The notes beneath the pieces are model-generated. The model was not told the DNA's origin. It saw only the letters and a list, made by a program, of their open reading frames with translations, and ran no database searches. DNA of 64,000 nt from the NCBI GenBank assembly GCA_029974275.1, contig JARKSN010000313.1, positions 22,525 to 86,524 on the forward strand, written 5' to 3'. The translations under genes and the position numbers were made by a program. Of this stretch, positions 1-8,549 are shown piece after piece (the stretch's first letter is position 1; each line of letters starts with the position of its first letter). The DNA comes from Candidatus Hydrogenedentota bacterium. Its GTDB lineage: Bacteria; Hydrogenedentota; Hydrogenedentia; Hydrogenedentales; SLHB01.

Positions 1-5
1 AGCGG

Positions 6-1790
6 ATGCCGTTCTACTGCGGCACGTATTTCCCTCCGTCCGATCAGCATGGGCGCCCAGGCTTCCAGACCGTGCTCCGCGCATTGGCGAAGGCGTGGCG
101 AGAACAACGCGACTTCATTCGCGGCAATGCGCGGCAACTTACCGAATGCCTTCGCCTCGGCGGAGCGGGGCGACCCGAGGAAAGCGCGCCGATACGCCCC
201 GATCTGATCCGCCATGCGGCGGCGGCGCTGTCCATGAGCTTCGACCCCGAACATGGCGGCTGGGGCGGCGCGCCGAAATTTCCCGCGCCGGCATCGATCG
301 CGACGCTGTTGCGCCACGCCTGGCGTCACGGAGATTCCCATGCTCTCGCCATGGCCTCGTCCACCTTGGAAGCCATGGCGCGCGGAGGCATTCACGACCA
401 TCTTGGCGGCGGCTTCCACCGGTATGCGGTCGACGCGGCATGGCATGTTCCCCACTTTGAAAAAATGCTCTACGACAATGCGCAACTCGCGGCAGCATAT
501 CTCGAAGGATACCAATGCACGAAAAAATCGCTTTTCCGGGAGACGGCGGAAGGAATTTTTCGGTATGTCCTGCGCGATCTGATTTCTCCGGAAGGCGGTT
601 TCTTTTCCAGCGAAGACGCAGACAGCGACGGACAGGAAGGGATGTTCTATCTGTGGAAGCGCGATGAATTGGACGCCGTTCTCGGCAAGGACGATGCGGC
701 GCTTTTCGCCCATTGCTATAACGTGCGCCCCGAGGGAAATTTCGATTCGCCCGAAACGCGCCACGCGGGCATGAACATCCTGCGCCGGGCATGGCCCATC
801 GACCCGCACGAAGCCGTTTTTTGCGGGATGGAGGCGACCGCGCTGGAGGCAGCGCTGGAGCCGATGCGGACGCGCCTTTTCAACGTCCGCGCCCAACGCG
901 CCCGGCCAGGACGAGACGACAAAGCGATCGCTTCCTGGAATGGAATGATGATCGCGGCGTTCGCGCGCGGCGCGCAGGCACTCCACGAGCCACGGTATGC
1001 CGAAGCGGCCCGGCGCGCCGCCGGGTTCACGCTCGAACGCTTGCGTCACGATGGACTGCTGGCGCGCAGTTATCGCGATGGCGCGACAAGCGCGCCGGGC
1101 TTCCTGGACGACTATGCCCAGGTCGCTTCGGCTTTGGTTGACCTGTACGAGACCGAGTTCGATGCGCGTTGGCTGCGCGAGGCCAAGCTGCTTGCCGATC
1201 GCATGATCGCGTTGTTTTGGGATCGGGAGGCAGGCGGCTTTTTCAGCGCGCCCCACGGCCAAGAGGACCTTATCGCGCGACTCAAACCGGTCTACGATAC
1301 GGCCGAACCTTCTGGCAACGCGGCGGCGGCGACGCTCCTGCTGCGCCTGGCCGCCTATTTTGATAACGCCGAATACCGGAAAACGGCGGAAATCGTGCTC
1401 GAACAAAATGCGGCCCTGCTTGAAACGGTTCCGCAAGCCATGGGCCGCATGCTCTGCGCGGCAGACCAATATCTGCATCCCCCGACGGAAATCGTGCTGG
1501 TCGGACCGCGCTCATGCGCCGACGTCCAGCGCATGGTGCGCGCATTGCACGAGCATTTTCTTCCGAATAAAGTAGTGGCCTTGGCGGATGCTGAAGACGA
1601 TGACCCGGTTGCGTCGCGGCGCAGGCCATGGGCCGCCGTCAACGCCATGCAACGCGGCGCGGCCACGGCGCTTGTATGCAGCGATTTCACGTGCCTGCCG
1701 CCGCTGGCTACGCCCGAGGCGCTGGCGCAAGCGTTGGAAAAAGCCAACGGGAGGACGCACGAATGCGCACATGGATCCTCGTCGGATTGA
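6..1790 (+). CDS. YyaL/SSP411-family thioredoxin-domain protein with six-hairpin glycosidase-like region (5'-truncated by window edge)
   Basis: Motifs PFYCGTYFPP, GGAPKFP, GGIHDHLGGGFHRYAVD, VPHFEKMLYDNAQL, RDDKAIASWNGMMI, FLDDYA. Confidence 0.9.
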   Translation: MPFYCGTYFPPSDQHGRPGFQTVLRALAKAWREQRDFIRGNARQLTECLRLGGAGRPEESAPIRPDLIRHAAAALSMSFDPEHGGWGGAPKFPAPASIATLLRHAWRHGDSHALAMASSTLEAMARGGIHDHLGGGFHRYAVDAAWHVPHFEKMLYDNAQLAAAYLEGYQCTKKSLFRETAEGIFRYVLRDLISPEGGFFSSEDADSDGQEGMFYLWKRDELDAVLGKDDAALFAHCYNVRPEGNFDSPETRHAGMNILRRAWPIDPHEAVFCGMEATALEAALEPMRTRLFNVRAQRARPGRDDKAIASWNGMMIAAFARGAQALHEPRYAEAARRAAGFTLERLRHDGLLARSYRDGATSAPGFLDDYAQVASALVDLYETEFDARWLREAKLLADRMIALFWDREAGGFFSAPHGQEDLIARLKPVYDTAEPSGNAAAATLLLRLAAYFDNAEYRKTAEIVLEQNAALLETVPQAMGRMLCAADQYLHPPTEIVLVGPRSCADVQRMVRALHEHFLPNKVVALADAEDDDPVASRRRPWAAVNAMQRGAATALVCSDFTCLPPLATPEALAQALEKANGRTHECAHGSSSD

Positions 1791-3496
1791 TCGCGTTGAT
1801 AGGCGCGGGGCTGCTGGACCGTCCCGTGCAAGCGCAGTCATCTTCCCCGGCGATGCGCGTCGAAGCGGTTACGCAAACCGACGCCGCTCACCCAGGCTCC
1901 CGCCTCGACGTCGCCATCGTCGCCACCCTTCCCGAAGGCTGGCATACCAACTCCAACGCGCCGCTGGAGGCATTTCTGATACCCACCGAACTCACCGTGA
2001 CGCCTCCCGCAGGCATTACGGTCGAGCGCATCGCGTACCCCGAGGCCAAGCGCGTCACGTTCTCGTTCTCCTCCACGCCTGTCGCCGTGTACGATCGCGA
2101 GTTTGTGATGCGAGTGCAGCTGGCCCTTGCCAAGGACCTGGCTCCCGGCGCATATCTGGCAACGGGCGCGCTGCGCTACCAGGCCTGCAACGATCGCACC
2201 TGCGCCCCGCCCAAAACCGTCCCCGTGTCGATCGCGGTGAACGTCGTTCCGCCTGATCGCGCCGTGACGCCACAGCGCCCGGAACTGTTCGATCAGCCCC
2301 TTTCCGCCGCGCCCGCCGAAACGGGGCGGTCCGAAGCGCCAACGACGCCGGTCGCGGAGCCTTCCCCCGGCGCCTGGAAAGAACGACTCGAACGTTTCGA
2401 GACGATGAGCGTCGGAAGTTTCATGACCGCCTCCGAATTCTTGCGCTTCCTCGAGGACGCGGAATCGGGGAGAGGGCGATCGGCGACGGGCTTGTTTGAG
2501 GGACGCAGCATCGCGACGGTGATCCTCTTGACGTTGATCGGCGGTCTCGCGCTGAACCTGACGCCGTGCGTGTTGCCGTTGATTCCCATCAACATCGCGA
2601 TCATCGGCGCCGGCGCACGCGCCAGTTCGCGCGGACGCGGCTTCGCTTTGGGCGCGGTGTATGGCGGCGGCATCGCTCTCGTCTACGGCGCGCTCGGACT
2701 GATCGTCGTGATCGCCGGAAAGACCTTTGGCGCGATCAACGCCTCGCCTTGGTTCAACGGCGCGATCGCCGTCGTGTTTGTCGCGCTCGCCTTGGCCATG
2801 TTCGACCTGTTCCTAATTGATTTCACCCGCTTTCAAGCCAAGATCGGCCTCAAGAAAAAAGAAGGCGGCAGCTATCCCGTCGCGTTTTTCATGGGGGGGA
2901 TATCCGCGCTACTCGCGGGCGCGTGCGTGGCGCCCGTCGTGATCGCCGTCCTTCTTTTCTCGCAAGACCTGTACGCCAAGGGGTCGTCGGCCGCGTTGCT
3001 GCTTCCCTTCCTGTTGGGCGTGGGCATGGCCTTGCCCTGGCCCTTCGCGGGAGCCGGTCTTTCCTTTCTGCCCAAGCCCGGCAAATGGATGGAGCGCGTC
3101 AAATATGCCTTCGGCGTTTTTATCCTGCTCCTCGCCGGATACTACGGCTACCTGTCCTACAGTCTGTTCACCGCCCGCACTTCCGAAACCACGCACGTGG
3201 CCCAAAGCGTCGCCGCCCTCGAAACACACGGCTGGACCTCGTCGCTCGAAGAAGGTCTTGCCCGCGCCGCTTCCGAGAAGAAACCCGTGGTGATCGATTT
3301 CTGGGCCACCTGGTGCAAGAACTGTCAAATCATGAACGAGACCACCTTCAAAGACCCTGAAGTTGTCCGCCGTCTCGATCGCTACGTCAAAATCAAATAC
3401 CAGGCAGAGTCTCCCGACGATCCGCCGCACAAGGAAATTCTCGACCGCTTCCGCGCCGTCGGTCTGCCTACAATCGTGGTCCTGCGTCCAAAATGA
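1763..3496 (+). CDS. dsbD: Thiol:disulfide interchange protein DsbD (alpha, beta and gamma domains)
   Basis: Signal peptide from ATG 1763; N-domain YQACNDRTC; transmembrane LNLTPCVLP and GACVAP; C-terminal thioredoxin FWATWCKNC. Confidence 0.85.
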   Translation: MRTWILVGLIALIGAGLLDRPVQAQSSSPAMRVEAVTQTDAAHPGSRLDVAIVATLPEGWHTNSNAPLEAFLIPTELTVTPPAGITVERIAYPEAKRVTFSFSSTPVAVYDREFVMRVQLALAKDLAPGAYLATGALRYQACNDRTCAPPKTVPVSIAVNVVPPDRAVTPQRPELFDQPLSAAPAETGRSEAPTTPVAEPSPGAWKERLERFETMSVGSFMTASEFLRFLEDAESGRGRSATGLFEGRSIATVILLTLIGGLALNLTPCVLPLIPINIAIIGAGARASSRGRGFALGAVYGGGIALVYGALGLIVVIAGKTFGAINASPWFNGAIAVVFVALALAMFDLFLIDFTRFQAKIGLKKKEGGSYPVAFFMGGISALLAGACVAPVVIAVLLFSQDLYAKGSSAALLLPFLLGVGMALPWPFAGAGLSFLPKPGKWMERVKYAFGVFILLLAGYYGYLSYSLFTARTSETTHVAQSVAALETHGWTSSLEEGLARAASEKKPVVIDFWATWCKNCQIMNETTFKDPEVVRRLDRYVKIKYQAESPDDPPHKEILDRFRAVGLPTIVVLRPK

Positions 3497-3587
3497 ATCG
3501 GGAGCCGGGACTTTTCTTTTGGACACTCATGCTCTATAATGTCGCCAATAGCCAGCGGTTCCGATGCCGCGAATGGAGGAACTAGAA

Positions 3588-4154
3588 ATGAACCGAAAGG
3601 TGCGCTTGGGTGTCGCCGTATGTGTGTCCATGTTGCTTGCCGCGTTCTTGGTCGTCGCCACGCACGCCGACGACGGCGCCACGTACGTCGGCGCCGCCAA
3701 GTGCAAGATGTGCCACAACAAAGCCGATGAGGGGCAAGTGTGGACGAAGTGGCAGGAATCGAAACATGCCAAAGCCTTCGCGACGTTGAAAACGGATGAA
3801 GCCAAAGCGGTCGCCGAAAAAGCGGGCGTTGCCACGGCTCCGTCCGAAGCGCCCGAATGCCTGCGCTGCCACGTGACCGCATATGAGAAAGACAAGCCAC
3901 TCCCGGCGGACATCAAGATGGAGGACGGCGTCCAGTGCGAAAGCTGCCACGGCCCTGAGTCCGCGCACTTTGCCGCAGCCAAAAAGGCGCTTGCAGACAA
4001 GTCCATTCCCCAAGTCCTTTCGGGCGCGCCCAAGGAAGAAACGTGCAAGAAATGCCACAATCCGGAGAGTCCGACGTATAAGGAATTCAACTTCAAGTCG
4101 TTCTCCGAAAAGATTGCCCATCCCAACCCGTTGCGAAAGGCCCCCAAATCCTGA
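3588..4154 (+). CDS. Periplasmic tetraheme cytochrome c (c554/c-552/4 family)
   Basis: RBS GGAGGA; signal peptide; YVGAAKCKMCH, CLRCH, VQCESCHGP, CKKCH. Confidence 0.88.
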   Translation: MNRKVRLGVAVCVSMLLAAFLVVATHADDGATYVGAAKCKMCHNKADEGQVWTKWQESKHAKAFATLKTDEAKAVAEKAGVATAPSEAPECLRCHVTAYEKDKPLPADIKMEDGVQCESCHGPESAHFAAAKKALADKSIPQVLSGAPKEETCKKCHNPESPTYKEFNFKSFSEKIAHPNPLRKAPKS

Positions 4155-4325
4155 TCGCGCCGTGACCCGAGCGAAGCTGTCCGTTTGCGTGCGATGCGCG
4201 GTTTCCGGAGAGGCCTTCCTTCGCACAGCAAGCCGAGGCCATGATTTCGCCCGCGCACGCCGCAGCTGTGAGTGAATAACGATTGGGCTGGGTTCCGATC
4301 CGGACGACTGGACCATGGAGACGCC

Positions 4326-4973
4326 ATGAAAACACGCATCCTGCTGTCCGCACTCGTAGTCTGTTCCCTCGGGTGCGATGCCGACAACGTCAAATCCATT
4401 ACGCAAGCGCGGATGGTTCCCGCGCCCGCACTGGCGACGGCGGACGGGACGGCGACGCAAGGATTTCATGCGGCGCACCCCCCTATCGAGGCATCGGGCA
4501 TGGCGGGATCGCCGCATGCGCGGACGGTTCCCTTCCGTTGGACCAAGCCCGCTTCCTGGGCCGACATTCCGCCCACGTCCATGCGGCTCGCCAATTTTTC
4601 CATTCCTGACCGGCCCCGCGTCGAATGCTATATTTCGACGTTGTCGGGCGCGGCGGGGGGCGTCGCCGCAAACGTCAACCGTTGGCGCAACCAGATGGGG
4701 CAACCCGATCTCGCCTCCGACGAGATCGCCGCGTTGCCGACGATCGAGGTGATGGGCAAACCGGCTTCGATGGTCGAGACGACGGGCTCCTACACCGGCA
4801 TGAAAGGGGCCACCGAACCCAACTACACGTTGCGCGGCCTTGTCTTGGAATTGCCCGGCCAGGTTCTTTTCGTCAAGATGATTGGTCCAACGGAAGAAGT
4901 GGCTGCCTTGAAGGAGGATTTCGTGGCATTATGCGCCTCGATCGCCTCCGTTCCGCCGGAAGACGCCCCGTGA
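4326..4973 (+). CDS. Hypothetical lipoprotein in the cytochrome c biogenesis cluster
   Basis: RBS GGAG; lipobox-like SLGC; stop overlaps the GTG of the next gene; motifs MRLANF, GGVAANVNRWRNQMG, FVKMIGP. Confidence 0.7.
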   Translation: MKTRILLSALVVCSLGCDADNVKSITQARMVPAPALATADGTATQGFHAAHPPIEASGMAGSPHARTVPFRWTKPASWADIPPTSMRLANFSIPDRPRVECYISTLSGAAGGVAANVNRWRNQMGQPDLASDEIAALPTIEVMGKPASMVETTGSYTGMKGATEPNYTLRGLVLELPGQVLFVKMIGPTEEVAALKEDFVALCASIASVPPEDAP

Positions 4974-6139
4974 AGATCATCCTTCAACGCGGGTTTCTCG
5001 CCCTTTCCTCGTACGGATTCTCCTGCATATTGTTTTTGTTCCTGTTTGTGCTGACCTATCTGGGAACCATCGAACAGGTTACGCACGGCCTGTACGAAAC
5101 CAGCCGGAAGTATTTCGAGTCCGTTTTTCTGACGCATTACCTGTGGGGAGTCGTTCCCGTGCCGCTCCCCGGGGCCTACCTCCTGCTCGTCCTGCTTGCC
5201 CTCAATCTCGTAGCCTGCGCCTTCGTGCGCAACCGGCTGAGTTGGGCGCGCACCGGCGTGTTGCTGGCCCATGCAGGCATCTTGCTCTTGCTGCTTGGCG
5301 CCTTCCTCTCTTTTCAACGCTCGCAACAGGGCCAACTGACACTGTACGAAAATGAGCACGCCCATGAATTCCAAAGCTATCAGCAATGGGAGATCGGGCT
5401 CTGTCCTCTTGCGAAACCCGGAACGACGGTGGAAGAGCGCATCATTTCGCCCCGAGATCTCGCCCAGGGGAAGCGGAACGCCCCTGTCTCTTTCGAATTT
5501 CCTGGGCTTCCCATCCGCCTTACGGTGTCGGATTTCGCTAGGAATGCCCGTCCTCAATCCGCAAGCGGATCTTCCGTCGCCGGCAAGGCGATCGACGGCG
5601 TCGTATTGACGGCGCTTCCCCCCGCTCGGGATGGCGAGACGAATATTCCAGGAGCCTACGTAACCGTGGAGGACCTGTCCAGCGGCGAGCAGCGCGAAGG
5701 CATTTTGTGGGGCGCCGCGCGATCCCCGCTTGCGTTGGAATTGGGCGGCGTCTCCTGGGCGATCGAACTGCGGCGCCAGCGTTGGACCTTGCCTTTCCAG
5801 GTGACGCTTGATTCATTCGTCCGGGAGGTCTATCCGCGCACCTCCATCCCGAAGGTGTTTGAGAGCACAGTGACCGTCCGCGACGGCGATCTCGAGCAGC
5901 GTTTCAAGATCGCCATGAATGAGCCGTTGCGCTACAAGGGCTATACGTTTTTTCAATCCTCCTGGGGGCCGCCGAACGCCGGGCCCAACGATCGGCTCTA
6001 CTCCACGCTCGCCGTGGTGAAAAATCCGGCGGAAAAATTCCCCTTGTACGCTTCCGCCGTCATATCCCTGGGCATGTCCATTCACTTCGGGCTGGCGCTC
6101 ATCCCGCGCCTCAAGAACCGGAGACGGAGGACGGCATGA
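4970..6139 (+). CDS. resB: Cytochrome c biogenesis protein, ResB/CcsB-like
   Basis: GTG start overlapping upstream TGA; N-terminal TM helices, GVLLAHAGILLLL, C-terminal MNEPLRYKGYTFFQSSW; directly upstream of ccsA. Confidence 0.8.
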   Translation: MKIILQRGFLALSSYGFSCILFLFLFVLTYLGTIEQVTHGLYETSRKYFESVFLTHYLWGVVPVPLPGAYLLLVLLALNLVACAFVRNRLSWARTGVLLAHAGILLLLLGAFLSFQRSQQGQLTLYENEHAHEFQSYQQWEIGLCPLAKPGTTVEERIISPRDLAQGKRNAPVSFEFPGLPIRLTVSDFARNARPQSASGSSVAGKAIDGVVLTALPPARDGETNIPGAYVTVEDLSSGEQREGILWGAARSPLALELGGVSWAIELRRQRWTLPFQVTLDSFVREVYPRTSIPKVFESTVTVRDGDLEQRFKIAMNEPLRYKGYTFFQSSWGPPNAGPNDRLYSTLAVVKNPAEKFPLYASAVISLGMSIHFGLALIPRLKNRRRRTA

Positions 6140-8124
6140 GACCTTTGTTTTTCATACGCGTCGCGGCGATTTCCGGGGGGTTGTTTCTGGCATCCGCCGG
6201 TCTGGCCGGCACCCAGCCCGTGCAGGATCCTTCCGCGCCCCCGTCTTGGGATGCGCCAACCGAGCGGCTGTTTTCTTCCCTGCCCATCCAGGACGAGGGA
6301 CGCATCAAGCCCATGGGGACATTCGCGGCGTACACGTTGATGAAGTTCAGCGGCAAGCAAACCTGCAAGGACCCGTCCGGGAATACGCTTTCCGCGACCG
6401 CTTGGCTTATGCACTGCCTGTTTCATCCGCGCTATGCGCAGACCTGCAACGTGTTCCGGGTGGACGATTCCGGCGTTATGGTGGCGCTCGGATTGCCGTT
6501 TACGCGCAAGCGCGACCTCTACGCGCACCAGGATCTCGCGCCCGCCGCCGCAAAACTCTCCGCGCTGGCCGAACAATACGCGCATGTGCCCGCCAAACAG
6601 CGGACGCCTCTCCAAACTCAACTCCTCAACCTGGCCAGCAACGTTCACGATTTCGAATCGCTGCTGGGGGCGATGGACTTTACGGAAGTTTCGTTTACGT
6701 TTCCATCTTCCGATCCGCTGGGCGCCCTCTTTCCCCAAGATCGCCCGTATCGCATCAGCGACGCGCTCGCCAAGTCCGGCGCGATTCGAGCCGCCGTCAT
6801 CGCGATGCGATCCCAGGCGGGCGCCGAGAAAGACCAGGATCCCCAGGGGTGGGCCTCGGTGGGCGTTTTGTTGGGAGAAATGGAAAAGATCGCGGCCCAC
6901 GGCCATGTTCTTGCCCTTTTTCCGCCCCCGCCGGATTCGGGAGAAAAAGAATGGATGGCTCCTGCCGACGTCGTCGAATGGGCCTTCGATCGCGACGAGG
7001 AAGAGCCGTCCGCCGCTCCCATCGCTTTGTTGCGTTCGCTCGAGGATCTCGCCCTCGCCCGGCATGACGCCGCTGCATTCGCCGCCAACCTACGTCTCTT
7101 TCATGACGCCGTCACCCAGATCGCCATGGCCCGGGGCGAATACGAAAAAGTTCCTCTCGAAAACGCCTACCACCGCGCCAAGCTTTTTCAACGCAGCTTG
7201 ATGTTGTATATCCTGGCCTTTCTGATCCTCGCGGCATCCTGGGCATTGCCCAAGCGAATGACCGAGAACACGTTTACGGACGCATTGTTGATGTTCGCCG
7301 TGTTTGCGCCCACGGCATGTCTCGGCGCGGGCATTGTTTTACGTTGCATCATTCGCGAGCGCCCCCCGGTGACGACGCTCTACGAAACCATTCTCTTCGT
7401 AACGTTCACGGCGGCGCTTATCGCCCTTCTCATTGAATTTCTTTCCAAACAACGTTTGGCGCTGTCGCTGGGGGCGATTCTTGGCGTGTTGGGAATGTTT
7501 TTGGCCAACAAATACGAAATCGAGGAGGGCGTGGACACGATGCCCAGCATGGTGGCCGTGCTGGATTCGAATTTCTGGTTGTCCACGCACGTGACCACCA
7601 TTGCCATCGGGTATGCGGCCGGCCTGCTTGCGGGGGCCATCGCCCATGTATACCTTTTGGGAAAGCTCATGGGATTTCGGAAAGATGACCCCGTTTTTTA
7701 TGGGGACATTACGCGCATGGTGTATGGGACCTTGTGTTTCAGCTTGTTGTTTTCCGTGATTGGCACCGTGCTGGGCGGCGTCTGGGCCAACGAAAGCTGG
7801 GGCCGCTTCTGGGGATGGGACCCCAAGGAAAACGGGGCCCTTCTTATCGTTCTCTGGCAATTGGCCCTTCTCCATGCGCGATTGGGAGGTTATCTTCGCG
7901 ATCACGGCGTCAACATGGGGGCGGTTTTTGGCGGCATTGTCGTCGCTTTCTCTTGGTTTGGGGTGAATTTGCTGGGCGTCGGCTTGCATAGCTATGGGTT
8001 TGCCACAGGAACCCATCGCGCCTTGCTGCTTTTCTACGCCGTCGAGGGCGTGGCGCTTTTGTTGGGCTGGGTGGCATGGCTGCGCTCGGACAGCGGATCC
8101 GCCGGGCAAAGCGCGAAGACATAG
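6136..8124 (+). CDS. ccsA: Cytochrome c biogenesis heme lyase CcsA/ResC
   Basis: WWD domain GGVWANESWGRFWGWDPKE; heme-ligand His motifs WLSTHV and GLHSYG. Confidence 0.92.
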   Translation: MRPLFFIRVAAISGGLFLASAGLAGTQPVQDPSAPPSWDAPTERLFSSLPIQDEGRIKPMGTFAAYTLMKFSGKQTCKDPSGNTLSATAWLMHCLFHPRYAQTCNVFRVDDSGVMVALGLPFTRKRDLYAHQDLAPAAAKLSALAEQYAHVPAKQRTPLQTQLLNLASNVHDFESLLGAMDFTEVSFTFPSSDPLGALFPQDRPYRISDALAKSGAIRAAVIAMRSQAGAEKDQDPQGWASVGVLLGEMEKIAAHGHVLALFPPPPDSGEKEWMAPADVVEWAFDRDEEEPSAAPIALLRSLEDLALARHDAAAFAANLRLFHDAVTQIAMARGEYEKVPLENAYHRAKLFQRSLMLYILAFLILAASWALPKRMTENTFTDALLMFAVFAPTACLGAGIVLRCIIRERPPVTTLYETILFVTFTAALIALLIEFLSKQRLALSLGAILGVLGMFLANKYEIEEGVDTMPSMVAVLDSNFWLSTHVTTIAIGYAAGLLAGAIAHVYLLGKLMGFRKDDPVFYGDITRMVYGTLCFSLLFSVIGTVLGGVWANESWGRFWGWDPKENGALLIVLWQLALLHARLGGYLRDHGVNMGAVFGGIVVAFSWFGVNLLGVGLHSYGFATGTHRALLLFYAVEGVALLLGWVAWLRSDSGSAGQSAKT

Positions 8125-8211
8125 GCGCAGAGGTGCAAGGGGTTCCGAAGGGGGACGAGGTTCGCAAAGGCGGGATTGCAGATAAAAAATCTCGTTTCTC
8201 TCTTTTTTCCC

Positions 8212-8240
8212 TTTACAAGTTTCATGAAATGCACTACAAT
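8212..8240 (+). promoter_or_regulatory. sigma70-type promoter of the multiheme/porin operon
   Basis: TTTACA-17nt-TACAAT; spacer contains the palindrome TTTCATGAAA. Confidence 0.55.
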
Positions 8241-8549
8241 GCGTCTATTCCTGATGGTCTTCGAGGTTGCGGATGCTGAAACGGCGTTTTCGGAACGTGC
8301 CTTGCGGACGGAAGAGTTCGCGTGAAAACGCCTGCGTGCGCTCCCGAGCGATGGTCCGGGGCGGGGATGAATGCGCCGCAGGTTCGAGTGAAGCGCGCCA
8401 GCCTTTTGTGCAGTGCTAGCAGTACCCGTAATCGTGAGAGAGGCCTATGCGTGCATGGTCTCGGAACGATGCGTGCGGTTCCATGAGCGATGGGTATCGA
8501 GATGGCCGGGGTGTGTAGCGTGTATGGGAATGCGTGAAAGGGACTGATC

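Noticed and set aside
8241..8549. GEMM (c-di-GMP/cGAMP) riboswitch like those on Geobacter electron-transfer genes
   Set aside because: The GEMM core elements could not be found by eye.
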